A stretch of DNA of 64,000 nt from Podarcis filfolensis (lineage: Eukaryota), in NCBI GenBank assembly GCA_964270895.1, contig OZ185437.1; one strand, written 5' to 3'. Position 1 is the first letter of the stretch. Each line of letters starts with the position of its first letter. Below, in pieces: positions 10,535-22,270 of this stretch. Made by a program: the position numbers and the translations under genes. The notes beneath the pieces were generated by a model. The model saw nothing but the letters and a program-made list of their open reading frames with translations, was not told the DNA's origin and searched no databases.

Positions 10535-13486
10535 CTGAAAAATAAAAATGTGAGAAAGCTACACTTGCACTGTGTTACTTGTTTTACAGTGAAATATACA
10601 CAGATCCTCTTGAGCCCAAATCTCGCGTTAGCTGGATAAGAGTGCATAACCAGATTATTCTCAATTTTAAGGTATTTGTGGGGAGGGGCTTTACTTCATG
10701 CAAGTTCCACAGGGCACCCTGCAATATACCCATATCCACATCCAACACCCTCCCCCCCCCCAATCTGCATAAGTTCCTAGTAGAGACGGCATTTCATATT
10801 TTAGGTCATTGCTGATCACAACAGGAGTAGCAATAAAAAGAAAAGAATGGTTAAGCGCAATGCCTTATTAAACACATCTCCAGAAATTACATTGGTTGCC
10901 ATTTGAACTTCAGCAATGAGGTGGACAATCAAGAATTTTGGCAAATAATATACATATTTGTTTAACATGCAGAAGACAACATGTACTGAATAAACCAGAA
11001 AGGGAAGATGAGGGGAGGGTGGGCATTGTAAAAGACAAAATTTTAGATATATGCAATTACAACTTGTTGAGACAAAGAAATTCAATAAAAATGTATTATT
11101 TTTTAAAAGAATTTTGGCAAATAATTTCACAGCTGATGTGCCACCACCATGAAAGCCCTGTTCTGCATAACCACTAACTACTTTTGAGATGGGGAACAGG
11201 GAATGACAATGATGAGGGTGAACTGGGAGCCATATAGGAGGAGATTTTCAGATCTCTGTTTCTGGTGCTTCCTTTTTCTTTTATTTTCTCCCTTACGTTC
11301 ACACACATACAAACACAGTTAAAAACTGGCACTCTGCCGTGTGTGTCCCCCCCCCCCAAAAAAAGTTGTAGGTTTCATTTTTAAAACAGTGCTATATACT
11401 GTCCTTCAATTTAAACTGTGCAGAATGCGTTACAGTAAGTAATAAGAGCACATGCACATAAGCAATGGAAGGTAGTGCTAAAAAATAATAATAGCAGGAG
11501 AGAAATAACACCAGAGATTATAAGCTCTTTACATAAGCATAGATGCCAGATGACCCTTTTGAGGGAGAGAACTTTACAAGTGAACTCCACAAATCAAAAT
11601 GCAGCATTATTGTACAGTACTGAGTCGGGTTGGGGGAGTGCAATGCTTTCCCCAAATAGCATATTCATTCCAATGTTACTTGAAGACAGAATTGCACACT
11701 GTTGTTGTTGAAAATGCATAACTTGTGGCATAACTTCCATGATTATGTGGGAAAGCCCCTAGTTTCCTGCCTCTGTGTCCTTTCTTACATACTAGAAGGA
11801 GTGAATGTATTTGAAAGAGTTGTTCTATTTCTGTTGCTCTTACAACAGATCACTGGCTTAAATCTAATTTTAGGTATAAAGTCACAGAGAGGCACTGTCC
11901 TGTGTTCAGTGGCTATAAGCCCAGCAGGCTTATATGAGAGGGGCTTCCTCACAGTAGGACACTTAGCAAGATCGAAGGACAAAGGGGATTCCTGCTCCCT
12001 AGAGCGCAACTACATGCTTGGAAAAGTTCTAACCTCATGCCTGCTAAATAGGAAAATTGAGATGAGCAATTCTACCCGTGGACCATGACTTGGGAAAAAG
12101 CCATCCAGATGGTTACAGCTTCCCCTGAGGTTTTGTGTGGTTCTAAGAGAAGAGATTGGCTTGGGATCCCAGCTGGAAAGGCTAATCACAAATCTAGAAA
12201 GAAAACCCCCTGTCTCTTCCCCCCAGGATAGGTCCATCTGTTGACCATAATGGTCAAATAAACCCCTTCTGTGTTCATAGGCAGTATTCTGAGTTCCGGA
12301 TGCTGAGAGCAAGTAACCTGAGCCAACAATACCATACTCTCACATCAATGAACCTGCCACCCAAATACTTGCTGCTAACATCACCTACCTGTGTGCTCCA
12401 GCGGTGTTGGTTCTAAGAAGAATGGGGAGTAGATATGAAGAGTGGACTGACTAGGCCTTTTTTCCCCAGTTGAGCTAAAGATGTGCCCACCAGAAAGCTT
12501 ACTAAGATGAGGTAAGAACATCACACAGTATTTCCTCTCAAGGCATGTTCAGATGGTACTAATTTCAGGAACTTAAAACACTGGTGGTAAGCAGGCAATG
12601 CCATAGGTTTAGGAAAAGCCACCTCCTCCAAAAAAGAAAAGAAAAACAGCCTTGCTTGTACACACACGAGCTAGCAATTCATAGCAGACTGCAGTTCACA
12701 ACTCCGCTGCTTTTATTGACAGCTATCTGGAACTCAAGGCCTGGGCAGACAGAATCCTTTATTAGCAAGCAACAGTGAGTCAGGATCAATTAAAGCAGCC
12801 TTGTGCAGGTACACTGTTAAATAACAGCACCCAGCATGGGTGTGGGCCACAATTCAAGAGCTATGTGCCCTGTTTACTGCTCTATCTTACCTCTGCCATC
12901 ACCAAGCGGTGCCCACTGGGAAGGGAATTTTTCACCTGTTTGCTGCTTCCTCGGCAGCAGCTACTTACAACTGGAGGCCCCACTGAATACACCAGCAGTG
13001 GCAGACGGTCATGTCTCAGTCAAGACACCCACCAAATGAATGCTGGGTACTCTTTTCATAATGGTATGCATTCAAATATGTGACATACGGCATACGTCAG
13101 TGTATGGTAAATGTTTGGCAGTGTTCACCACAGGCATCTAACCGACACTGGTACATACAAAAAAAGCAATTTGTCCTCGCAGTGCCTCCCCAAAGTCAGG
13201 TAAGAGAAGCACGGCTTTGGGAAGGAGGCAAGAGACCCTGGCAGGGTCCTAGAGCCCTCCGACCTCCTTCCTCAAGCTGGGAAAGTGCTAACTAGGCTTT
13301 GGGAAGGAGGAAGAAGGACTCTAGGACCTTGTAAGAGTCTCAGGCCTCCTTCCCCAAACCCTCGCTTACTTGGGCTTTGAGATGGCTCAGCACCCATTGT
13401 GTGTGTACCACTCGCACAGCCCTGAATCTGCCCGAGGCTAGATCTAATGGGCTTACATTACAGGAGAGTGGATTTCAGTTGAACTT

Positions 13487-13590
13487 TTAGGAGAAAAATC
13501 TTGATAAGGGCAGTTTGGCAACTGCACCAATGAGCAGGGAGTTGAAGTACATAGATGTTCTATAAGCATCCCTTCAGCTCTATGGCCTAA
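13487..13590 (+). mobile_element. Degenerate CR1 3' end
   Basis: gggagttgaagtacatagatgttctataagcatcccttcagctctatg resembles the CR1 tail (ggggttggactagatgacc...cccttccaactcta). Confidence 0.5.
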
Positions 13591-14440
13591 CAGAATGTTC
13601 CTGAACCAGGACTATTCTTAAAGGCAGGCATAGTAAATATTTGCCAATCACTCTGCTTAGCTATCATGACATTCTAGTCGTTTATTTTCCAAGTATTGCT
13701 TTTTTTATTTTTAACCCAGGAGGTTAGCTCGCATCGTTGACACTCAGGCTGATATTATAAATAAAACAAAGGGTTGTGTCCTCACCCACTGGGAATGCTC
13801 AGAACTGAGTGTCAGAAACAAAATGGATGTGTTGACATTTGCCCTGTCAGTAAAAGCCAACTGACTTAGTGGCAGAATATGCCATCTCTGGAATCCAGGG
13901 CTGGCAGGCTGGCTTTATCCTTTGCTACTTTGCAATCTAAATTGCCTGTGCTGAAAATTTTCAGTCTTTTTCAACATTTGGAAAACAGCTTAGTTTGAGT
14001 TAAAAGTTGTTGGTTTCAAATAACACAGACTCGTGGATTAGAAAAATAAGGTGTGGAAGCATGGCCATAAGCCAAGATTTTTGTTGGGGTGGCAGGCCTT
14101 TTGTTGGGGGGGGAGAACCTCAGTTTACTATGTATTTTTATTTATTTATTTCCATTGATGGGGGGGCAGCTTCCCCTCCCTGTGTCCCATCGTCGTCGTC
14201 CCCCGCTATTCCCATGTGTGGAAGTGAGCTTTTATTTAAGCAATAATTGAAAAAGTGGAAGTTTACCTAGGACTGGTTTGGGCTTTTTTTGTTTCTGCTA
14301 CTTGGTGTATTTTGTGTGTGTGTGTGTGTTGTTATTTTTTTGCATTTGAAAAGAAACTGTTGACAGACTGCATGGTGTGACCTGAGGGAACACAAGCCAC
14401 CACTGTGATACTACTTTCTGTTTTTATTAATTTGTCAGTA

Positions 14441-15033
14441 CATGGAACCTCTGCTTACAACCATAATCCATTCCGGAGGTCCAGTCATAACTAGAAACGT
14501 ACACAAGTAGAGGCACACTTTTCCATAGAAAGTAATGGAAAAGTGAATTGATCCGTTCTAGATGATGAAAAATACCCCCTAAAACAGCAATTTAACACGG
14601 ATTTTACTGTCTAATGAGACCATAGATCCATAAAATGCAATAATCAATGTACTGTACTATAAAATAAATAAGACAGTATTGCAGGTGAAAAAAAATAACA
14701 TTTCCCCCCCTTTTGTGCACTGATGATACAGTAGCCATTGTTTGGATGGGGGAGCTTTTATCCATTTATGCAGTCACACAACCAGTAGCTGAACTGGGTG
14801 CCACACAGTCACAAAAACAAGTGCTCTGCAGCTGGCGGGGTGAGCTCCAGCAAACCGGAGGCCTCTCCCCGGCGGCGGAGGCCCCAGCACTGCCCCACAG
14901 CCGGCCAGGCAAGCCCCGGGCTGCCGGCAAGGCCTCTGTTTGTATCTAGAGGAAAGTTCAGTCAAAGCACCTACTGAAGGTCGTAATTGGAATTGTATGT
15001 AAGTAGAGCCGTATGTAAGTCAAGGTTCCACTG
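14441..15033. mobile_element. Tigger/Tc1-mariner-like non-autonomous DNA transposon
   Basis: Termini ta|CA(-)TGGAACCT ... AGGTTCCACTG|ta, i.e. inverted repeats with TA flanks. Confidence 0.7.
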
Positions 15034-15211
15034 TAATAGTATTTATCCCTCAGCTTTCCAAAGAAATATTACCAAAGGCTGAAAAAATAGCATGCATCAA
15101 ACTACAAATGAAAACTCATTGAAAAAGAGCAGCGCTAAAAACAAAGACAATTCTAATCATAGTTGCATGCATTCAAAGAAACATCCAAATAATAGGCTGA
15201 AATCCAGCTTA

Positions 15212-15307
15212 ACATTCGGTTTTTGAATTGCTATTGTAAAAATTAATCTTCTACATCAGACATTCGGTTTTTGAATTGCTATTGTAAAAATTAATCTTCT
15301 ACATCAG
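15212..15307. repeat. Perfect 48-bp tandem duplication
   Basis: acattcggtttttgaattgctattgtaaaaattaatcttctacatcag occurs at 15212-15259 and 15260-15307. Confidence 0.95.
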
Positions 15308-15589
15308 ACATGTTCAATGCGTCCACCACAATCGATGGGTAGATCATGCGATGAATTCTGGTCAATCGCCACCCGCCCTCTGCTGGAGACGTTGGGAGGG
15401 ACTGTTTGACACTGCACGTGCGCCCACCCCTGCCCTGTTGGCACATGCCCATCCACCCTGCACCCATCCCTGCCCCCTTGGGGGAAATAGCCAGCGCCCA
15501 CCCACCTTTCACCCATCCCTGGGTGGTAGATCACTACAGTTTTTATACTGGATTGTGGATCACAGTCAACTTCAAGTTGGACATGCCTG
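15305..15589. mobile_element. hAT-type MITE
   Basis: TIRs CAGACATGTTCAA / TTGGACATGCCTG; 8-bp TSD TTCTACAT / TTTTACAT (7/8). Confidence 0.75.
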
Positions 15590-16351
15590 TTTTACATCAT
15601 GAGGTAACTCACGCATAACCTAACTGATGTTTTCATGTAGAGAGAGGCTGGGTTGTTTTTATAAGCCAGGAGGGGCAAAGAGACGCAAGGAAAGCCAAGG
15701 ACTTGGCCTAAACTGGAATTAGTTGGGAGTGTTCGGTTTTGCTGCTCTGCCTCTGGTCCAGATACGTTCAGTTCCCACAAGAAAAAAAAACAGCTGCCAC
15801 CTTCTTACAGCCAAGCTCCCGTGGCCTTGACAGCTGCAGAACAGGCAGGAAGAGGAGAGGTGCAGCTTTTCACATCACATTTCTGTGCTGGGAAACACTT
15901 CACCTTTGGGGAGTCTGCTGTGCGTTTGTGAAAGACACAGACCTAGTCTGCCCAGAGAAAGAGCGATGGGTCCGCCCTGCTCCCTCAGAAACTGGTCGGG
16001 TGGCAGGTCATGAAGGGCGGGATCTGGCAGAAATCTCCAGAAGCCACATCACTGTTGATAACTTGGTGTCACAAGGAAAAGGGAAGATATGCAGGTGGGA
16101 TGGTAAAAATGATCCTAATGATTTATATAGCATAGTTTGAACATTCAAAGAACTCCAAATACCTTCTTTCAGGGCCATGCTGCATATAAACCACCCCGAG
16201 ACCTGCGAGTATAGGGCGGAATATAAATAAATAAAATTATGTGGATGCATGTCACTTTTATTGGTCTGAACATTGTTTTGGGGAGGGGAGGGTTGATAAC
16301 AGAACACTGCCTAGGGGAAGGGCACACCCTCCAGCAGCAAGCTTCTCATTG

Positions 16352-16690
16352 AGCGTGGAAAAGAGGAGACAGAGCCATCTTCAAATATCTTAAGGGCTGT
16401 CACATGGAAGATGGAGGAAGCTTGTTTTCTGCTCCGGAGAATAGGACCCAAACCAATTGCTTCAAATTACAAAAATGGAGATTCTGACTATAAGCATCAG
16501 GATGAACTTTCTGACAGAGCAGTTCAGCAGTGGAACGGACTCCTTCAGAATGTGGTGGGTTCTCCTTCACTGGAGGTTTTTTAAAGCAGAGATTAGGTAG
16601 CCATCTGCAGTAGATTTTGCTGAAATTTTTGCATTGCAAGGAGTAAGACTAGATGACCCTCGGGATCCCTTCCAATTCTATGATTCTATA
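16352..16690 (+). mobile_element. CR1 LINE 3' fragment
   Basis: RT C-terminal remnant (atcttcaaatatctaagggctgtcacatggaagatgg), ending gactagatgaccctcgggatcccttccaattctatgattcta. Confidence 0.85.
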
Positions 16691-17759
16691 AGTGGTGTGT
16701 GATTTGTAGGAGCAACAGCTAAAGCAGGTAATGGTTTGTATCTCTTCCTCTACCCCAAGCTCAGAATACTTCAGTATTTTCAGGTCTGTCAGTATTTTCA
16801 AACTTCAGTCAGGCACACATTTCCATGTATGGCTGAGAAGAGATTTGAGTTCATTTCTGAAGCAGGGATATGAAGCATATTTTTAATCTTCCTATCATTT
16901 TTCAGTTTAATATTTTTACCAAAAAAGCAGTACTATTACTATTACTATTGTTATTATTATGTTATTATTATGTTTGACCATTATGTTTGATAGGCCACAC
17001 AGTCAAAACAGAAGAAAATATACAAAGTTAGGATGTAGGATGTAATGAATTCACCCAAAGTTTCAGTCATCCCATTGCTGCTAAGGGGTTGAAATGAGGA
17101 AGAGTTGTGAAGGTGTGTTTTCATTTGAGTGATGATAAGGAGTGATAATGTCTATTGTGGAGGAGATGAGACAGATGAATCATATTACCAAAACATAGTT
17201 TAAAGGAACTGCTTTTATTTGATAAAGCTGAGCCTGGAGTCTTCTCATGGACTGCCTCGGAGCCTAATGCACAGAGGGTCATGGCCAATGTTAGTCCTAC
17301 TCAGAGTAAGCCCATTGACTAACTTGGGCCTATCAGTTTCAATGGGTCTTCTCCGAGTAGAAGTTTGTTGGCTACAGGCCAGAATATCTGAGGTGACTTA
17401 AGTTGAAACTCAGCACAGTGTATGTGGTCTTGCAATCGGCTGAGAAAACATGGGGAAATTTGTACAACAAATGTGCTAAACTTTGGCAAGGAGACATTGG
17501 CTCTGGTAATGATCAGCAACATGGAGTAATTTGAAGTGTTTCAGAATGTCTCAGCCAGCCCAACGCATTTGCCAGGAGCCATGATTCATCCACAAATTGG
17601 ACCGGACATAATGCTTCCTTTATAAAGGAGGAGGAAAACATTCTCAAGCAAGATTGTGGCAATCTTTTCACATTCCAGCGAATAAATGTTTGTATACTGT
17701 GAAGATAGTAGTCAGAGAAACTCCTCTGACTCCAAATAAATATATAAATTAAGGCGTAA

Positions 17760-18375
17760 AAAAAGGACAGCCCTGCTGGAAGGATAGAGTCCAGCAGCAT
17801 CCTGTTCTCACAGTGGCCAACCTCTGGGAAGTCCACAGGCAGCACTTGAGTTGCAATAGCGCTCTATGAGCTTGTGATCGCCAGAAACCAGGGTTCAGAG
17901 GCTGTGCGAACACCATGACCAGTAGAAATCTGTGAGTTCTCCTGTAATCCTCCTTTAAAGTCATTCAGGTTGGTGGGCATCACTTCATCTTGGGGAAGTG
18001 ATTTCCAGTTGCACTAGGGGCTGTGTGAAGAAGCCCCTACTTTTCTCTGTCCTGAATCTTCCAACATTCACTTACACTGGATGACCCCATTATGAGAAAA
18101 AGAAATACTTACCCTATCCACTTCCTCCACACTTCACATACTTTTTATACTCCTCTATTGTATCCCTCCCTTACCTCCCCCCTCCTCCAACAAAGCCCTC
18201 AACATCGTGCCTTTCCTCATAGTGGAATTCCTCACTCCAGCCTCTTGATCATTTTCACTTGCCCTTTTCTAAACCTTTTCCAGCTCTAAACCATGTCATT
18301 TTTGATGTGGGGCAGTGAGAACCATACTCTGTAGTACAAGAGTGATCACGGCCTCTGGATATAAGCCACCCATAG
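17760..18375 (-). mobile_element. CR1 LINE 3' fragment (second family)
   Basis: agtccagcagcatcctgttctcacagtggccaacc 3'-end motif and degenerate RT sequence toward 18370. Confidence 0.6.
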
Positions 18376-18569
18376 ACAAAAAGACTTATCAGCAGCACTC
18401 TAGAGCCAAGCTTGCACTTGCTTGGACGGCTTTCAAATGTCACATTATTTTGATGGCAAATCAGTCTCAATCCCTATATGTGATGCTACAGCAACACCAG
18501 GGGTACTTCCACTCTATGTGTGCTTATTGTCTGGGGTAACGTGGGAAAGGGCTGTGGCATAAGTGAAGG

Positions 18570-18715
18570 CAGTGGCGTAGCATGGGGGGTGCAGGGGGGA
18601 CCGGCCGCACTGGGTGCAACATCTGGGGGTTTGGGTTAGGGGGCGCAAATCCACGGGTTAGGGGTGCAAATTACTTGCCTTGCCCCGGGTTCTGACAACC
18701 CACGCTACGCCACTG
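18570..18715. mobile_element. hAT-type MITE with perfect TSD
   Basis: TIRs CAGTGGCGTAGC / GCTACGCCACTG; perfect 8-bp TSD AGTGAAGG at 18562-18569 and 18716-18723. Confidence 0.92.
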
Positions 18716-18990
18716 AGTGAAGGGCACATACTTTGCATATAAAAATGTTGGATGGATATATATATATATATGTACACACACACACCCCAAGATCCAAGTT
18801 TAGGGCAAGTACTCTTTGGTGAGAGAACCCCAGCAGAAATTTAAAGTCACGAAATATGCCCGTTGGACCTTTAAAATGTGCCCTTCCAAGTGAGTTCCAA
18901 AATGTCTCTCTCTCTTTCCAAAGTTTCCCTCTTCCCTCTTCCCCCAGTATAGGAAAAGACCACACGTTTGGTAAGTTAAAAAATGGTTTA

Positions 18991-19207
18991 CAGTGGTACC
19001 TCTAGTTACGAACTTAATTCATTCTGGAGGTCCGTTCTTAACGTACTTTTGCTAATGGGGCTTCTTGCTGCCGCTGCACCACCAGCACATGATTTCCGTT
19101 CTCATCCTGGGGCAAAGTTCTCAACTCGAGGTAACTCTTCCAGGTTAGCTGAGTTTGTAACCTGAAGTGTTTGTAACCTGAGGCGTTTGTAACTCGAGGT
19201 ACCACTG
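18991..19207. mobile_element. Tigger-like MITE (family with copies at 38274, 49761, 58185)
   Basis: ta|CAGTGGTACCTC ... GAGGTACCACTG|ta. Confidence 0.9.
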
Positions 19208-19577
19208 TACTGACCAATTCTCCAAAGGTCAGATTCATGTGCTTCTGAAAAGTTGTATAGGCAGTAAAACTTAACTTAATTACAAAGTGTTGAAAGTTCC
19301 TAAATTATTGGTAGAGGAACTCAAGAGCGGCTGATGAGAGCCATGGAGCAACCAGCTCAAACCTCTTCCCATGTTGAGCTTATCAGGTAGAGTGAGGGGA
19401 GAATAAAGGCTTTGTTTCTAGTTACTCCCAAGGTGAGGAGAAGTGGATTCAGCTAAGCCTGGTAGGACAGCTTAGCCCCTTAATTCATTAATTAGACTTA
19501 AGCATGTTGATTATATGGGGCTGGTTATCCCACAAAAAGTCCAGTCCACAGCATCTCAGCAGCATTTGCCTGGGAAC

Positions 19578-19860
19578 GAAGAAGAAGAAGAAGAAGAAGA
19601 AGAAGAAGAAGAAGAGGAGGAGGAGTAGTAGTTTGGATTTGATATCCCGCCTTTCACTCCCTTTAAGGAGTCTCAAAGCGGCTAACATTCTCCTTTCCCT
19701 TCCTCCCCCACAACAAACACTCTGTGAGGTGAGTGGGGCTGAGAGACTTCAAAGAAGTGTGACTAGCCCAAGGTCACCGAGCAGCTGCATGTGGAGGAGT
19801 GGAGACACGAACCCGGTTCCCCAGATTACGAGTCCACTGCTCTTGACCACTACACCACAC
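19578..19860 (-). mobile_element. Squam3-type (Ther1/MIR-related) tRNA SINE with microsatellite tail
   Basis: Minus strand starts GTGTGGTGTAGTGG (A box), has a GGGTTCG B box and an L2-like 3' end; the tail reads (GAA)n(GGA)n on the + strand. Confidence 0.88.
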
Positions 19861-21279
19861 GAGTCAAATAAAGTACTGTCCAGTAAAACACGAGGAAGTG
19901 CTGTCAGTTAGTGTTGACAGTACTGGATAAGATGGGGTAGTTGTGGTGTGACCACATGCAAGGTACCATTCTATGTTCTTAACAGGCACATTTTCTTTAT
20001 TCACTTTGAATGGAGCCTAATCTACATAATACTGTCATCAAATCATTGTCCTTCTGTGGTTTTGCTATGTTTATTCTATCTTTTTTTCAGATCACAGAAA
20101 ATCTGACTTTAAAAAAAAAATAGAGAGCAATAAAGGAGTCTGCAGGATTAAAAGGCCATCCTTTTGTAAATAAATCCCTTTACCTTTTTTAAAAAAGATG
20201 TGTGCCTTTGAAATGTGCAGTGATGCATTGGGCAGATGAGACTCATCATTTTTCATCCCAGCAATCCATTTTATCAGCATGGTTTTGTAAAAAAAAATAT
20301 AAAGCTTTCTAGGCCTTTGCTTTGCACTTGGATTCTGTGGTGTTGATTAGGTTCAGATATAATGATTTGCACAAGACCACCTGGCAAGAGACATTGCTAA
20401 TCAGGATTTTGCATTTTACCTCCCAACCCTTTCTACATAGTGTCAACCATTCTACCCCTCTTTCTACACAGCATCATAGTGGCCCCATCAAGTCTTTGTC
20501 TAGAAAACAACCGAGATCTGTCAAATAATAAATTCCATGAGCACAGAGTTCCTTCAAAGATTTCTATTTTACATAAAGGTCTGCCGCTTCCTGCGTTTCC
20601 ATCATTGCAAAAGAGACTGTAACAGCTGCACAAGAGACAGAAACCAACCAATGAAGCTTCTCCTATTGCTTCATCACAATGTTTGGGGAAATTTTGAATT
20701 CTGCCTGTTCTGTAACCATTAAAGGTGCAGTGATTGTAGAGGCGGTTTTATGGTAGCATGACCAGTACGGCTGCACTGGGCACAGCACTGCAGGAGACAT
20801 CATAACAATGTTGTAGAATGGAGTGAGAGAGGTGGAGGGGGCGTTGAGTTTTAGCATTGCACAGGCTGCCACTGAAATTTGAGAGCCCCAAGTCTGCCAC
20901 GGAGTGATTGAACATCTCTCTGATAAAAGGTGGTCAATACAGCAAATGGAGGATGCCTTGATTTCATTCCTGTTTGGTGTTCCAAACTGTCTCCATCATT
21001 TCATTGTGTTCCATTCTTGAATGTCCCTCTTTTAAAGGTTCTCTGGCCAGTGGCCTGATGATTAAGGTCCAGATCTGAAAAGAATCTCTCCACAAGGAAG
21101 GGGGTTGAAGAGTAATCTCAATTTCCTGCATGGCCAAACGAGACCTCTGGTGATTTATCTAGCCTGAGCCTGAGGCCATAGGTCAACCATCCACAAAGAG
21201 GATGTTTTGGTACTTGAAAACACTAAAAAATAAAACTTTGTTTCTGACTTATCACCACTATTTGCTAAATTTGTTTTAG

Positions 21280-21500
21280 TCATTTATTTCACAACATTGA
21301 TATACTGCTGGATTGTGATAAAACCTCAAAGCGTTTACAAAGCGAATAAAAGCAATAAAATAGGATCAGGATTTTCAAAATTCAAAAATTAATAATAATT
21401 AAAACCAACAATAAGCTAAAACCAGATAACGCATAACAGCTTTTACATGTTCAGAGAAGCTTGCCTAAACAAAAATGGTTTTAGCTGGTGCCGAAAATGT
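21280..21500 (-). mobile_element. Degenerate L2 3' fragment
   Basis: aacctcaaagcgtttacaa ... gcttgcctaaacaaaaatggttttagctggtgccgaaa resembles the reverse of squamate L2 3' ends. Confidence 0.45.
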
Positions 21501-21899
21501 GTGCTACTATCTGACATGTTTGCTTGTTGTTCTTCTAGAGCTTGATATAAAGTTGGCTGCAATTGTGGGGTCAAATTTCTTGAAAGCAAAATGACTGCTG
21601 TAAATCTTTCTGTACAGAGAGGATGCTTGTTTGTTTGTTTGTGCTACCAATATCTGAAAACCTTCCTGGCAAGAAATGATCTGTGTAGGGACATGCTGCC
21701 CTCTTCTGGTAATATCTGTGCATTCTGTTCACTGCTCTTATAAAAAAGAAGAAAAAGGGAAATATGCTGTAAACATTTCTGGAGATCCTTTGAGCTATGT
21801 TGTCAAGTTACAGGGGAAAAATAAAAAAATAAGCAAATAATAACTAAAACAATAGCAGTTTAACTGATATGGCTTGCCCCAAGGAATCCTTGAAACTGT

Positions 21900-22171
21900 A
21901 GAAGAAGAAGAAGAGGAGGAGGAGGAGGCGGAGGCGGAGGAGTTTGGATTTGATATCCTGTCTTTCACTCCCCTTAAGGAGTCTCAAAGCGGCTAACATT
22001 CTCCTTTCCCTTCCTCCCCCACAACAAACTCTGTGAGGTGAGTGGGTCTGAGAGACTTCAGAGAAGTGTGACTAGCCCAAGGTCACCCAGCAGCTGCATG
22101 TGGAGGAGCGGAGACGCAAACCCGGTTCCCCAGATTACAAGACTACCGCTCTTAACCACTACACCACACTG
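21900..22171 (-). mobile_element. Squam3-type SINE, second highly similar copy
   Basis: Highly similar to 19578-19860, same orientation, same purine-triplet tail. Confidence 0.88.
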
Positions 22172-22270
22172 TAGTTTGGCAAGAAGCTCTGTTAAAGAAC
22201 TCCACCCCAAATGATAGTTCCCTGCATTCACCGAAGAGGGGGAAATCACTGCTAAACCAATGTATGTATG

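Noticed and set aside
19504-19911. 135-aa ORF with poly-Lys/Arg
   Set aside because: It is a translation of the (GAA)n tail and body of a Squam3 SINE.
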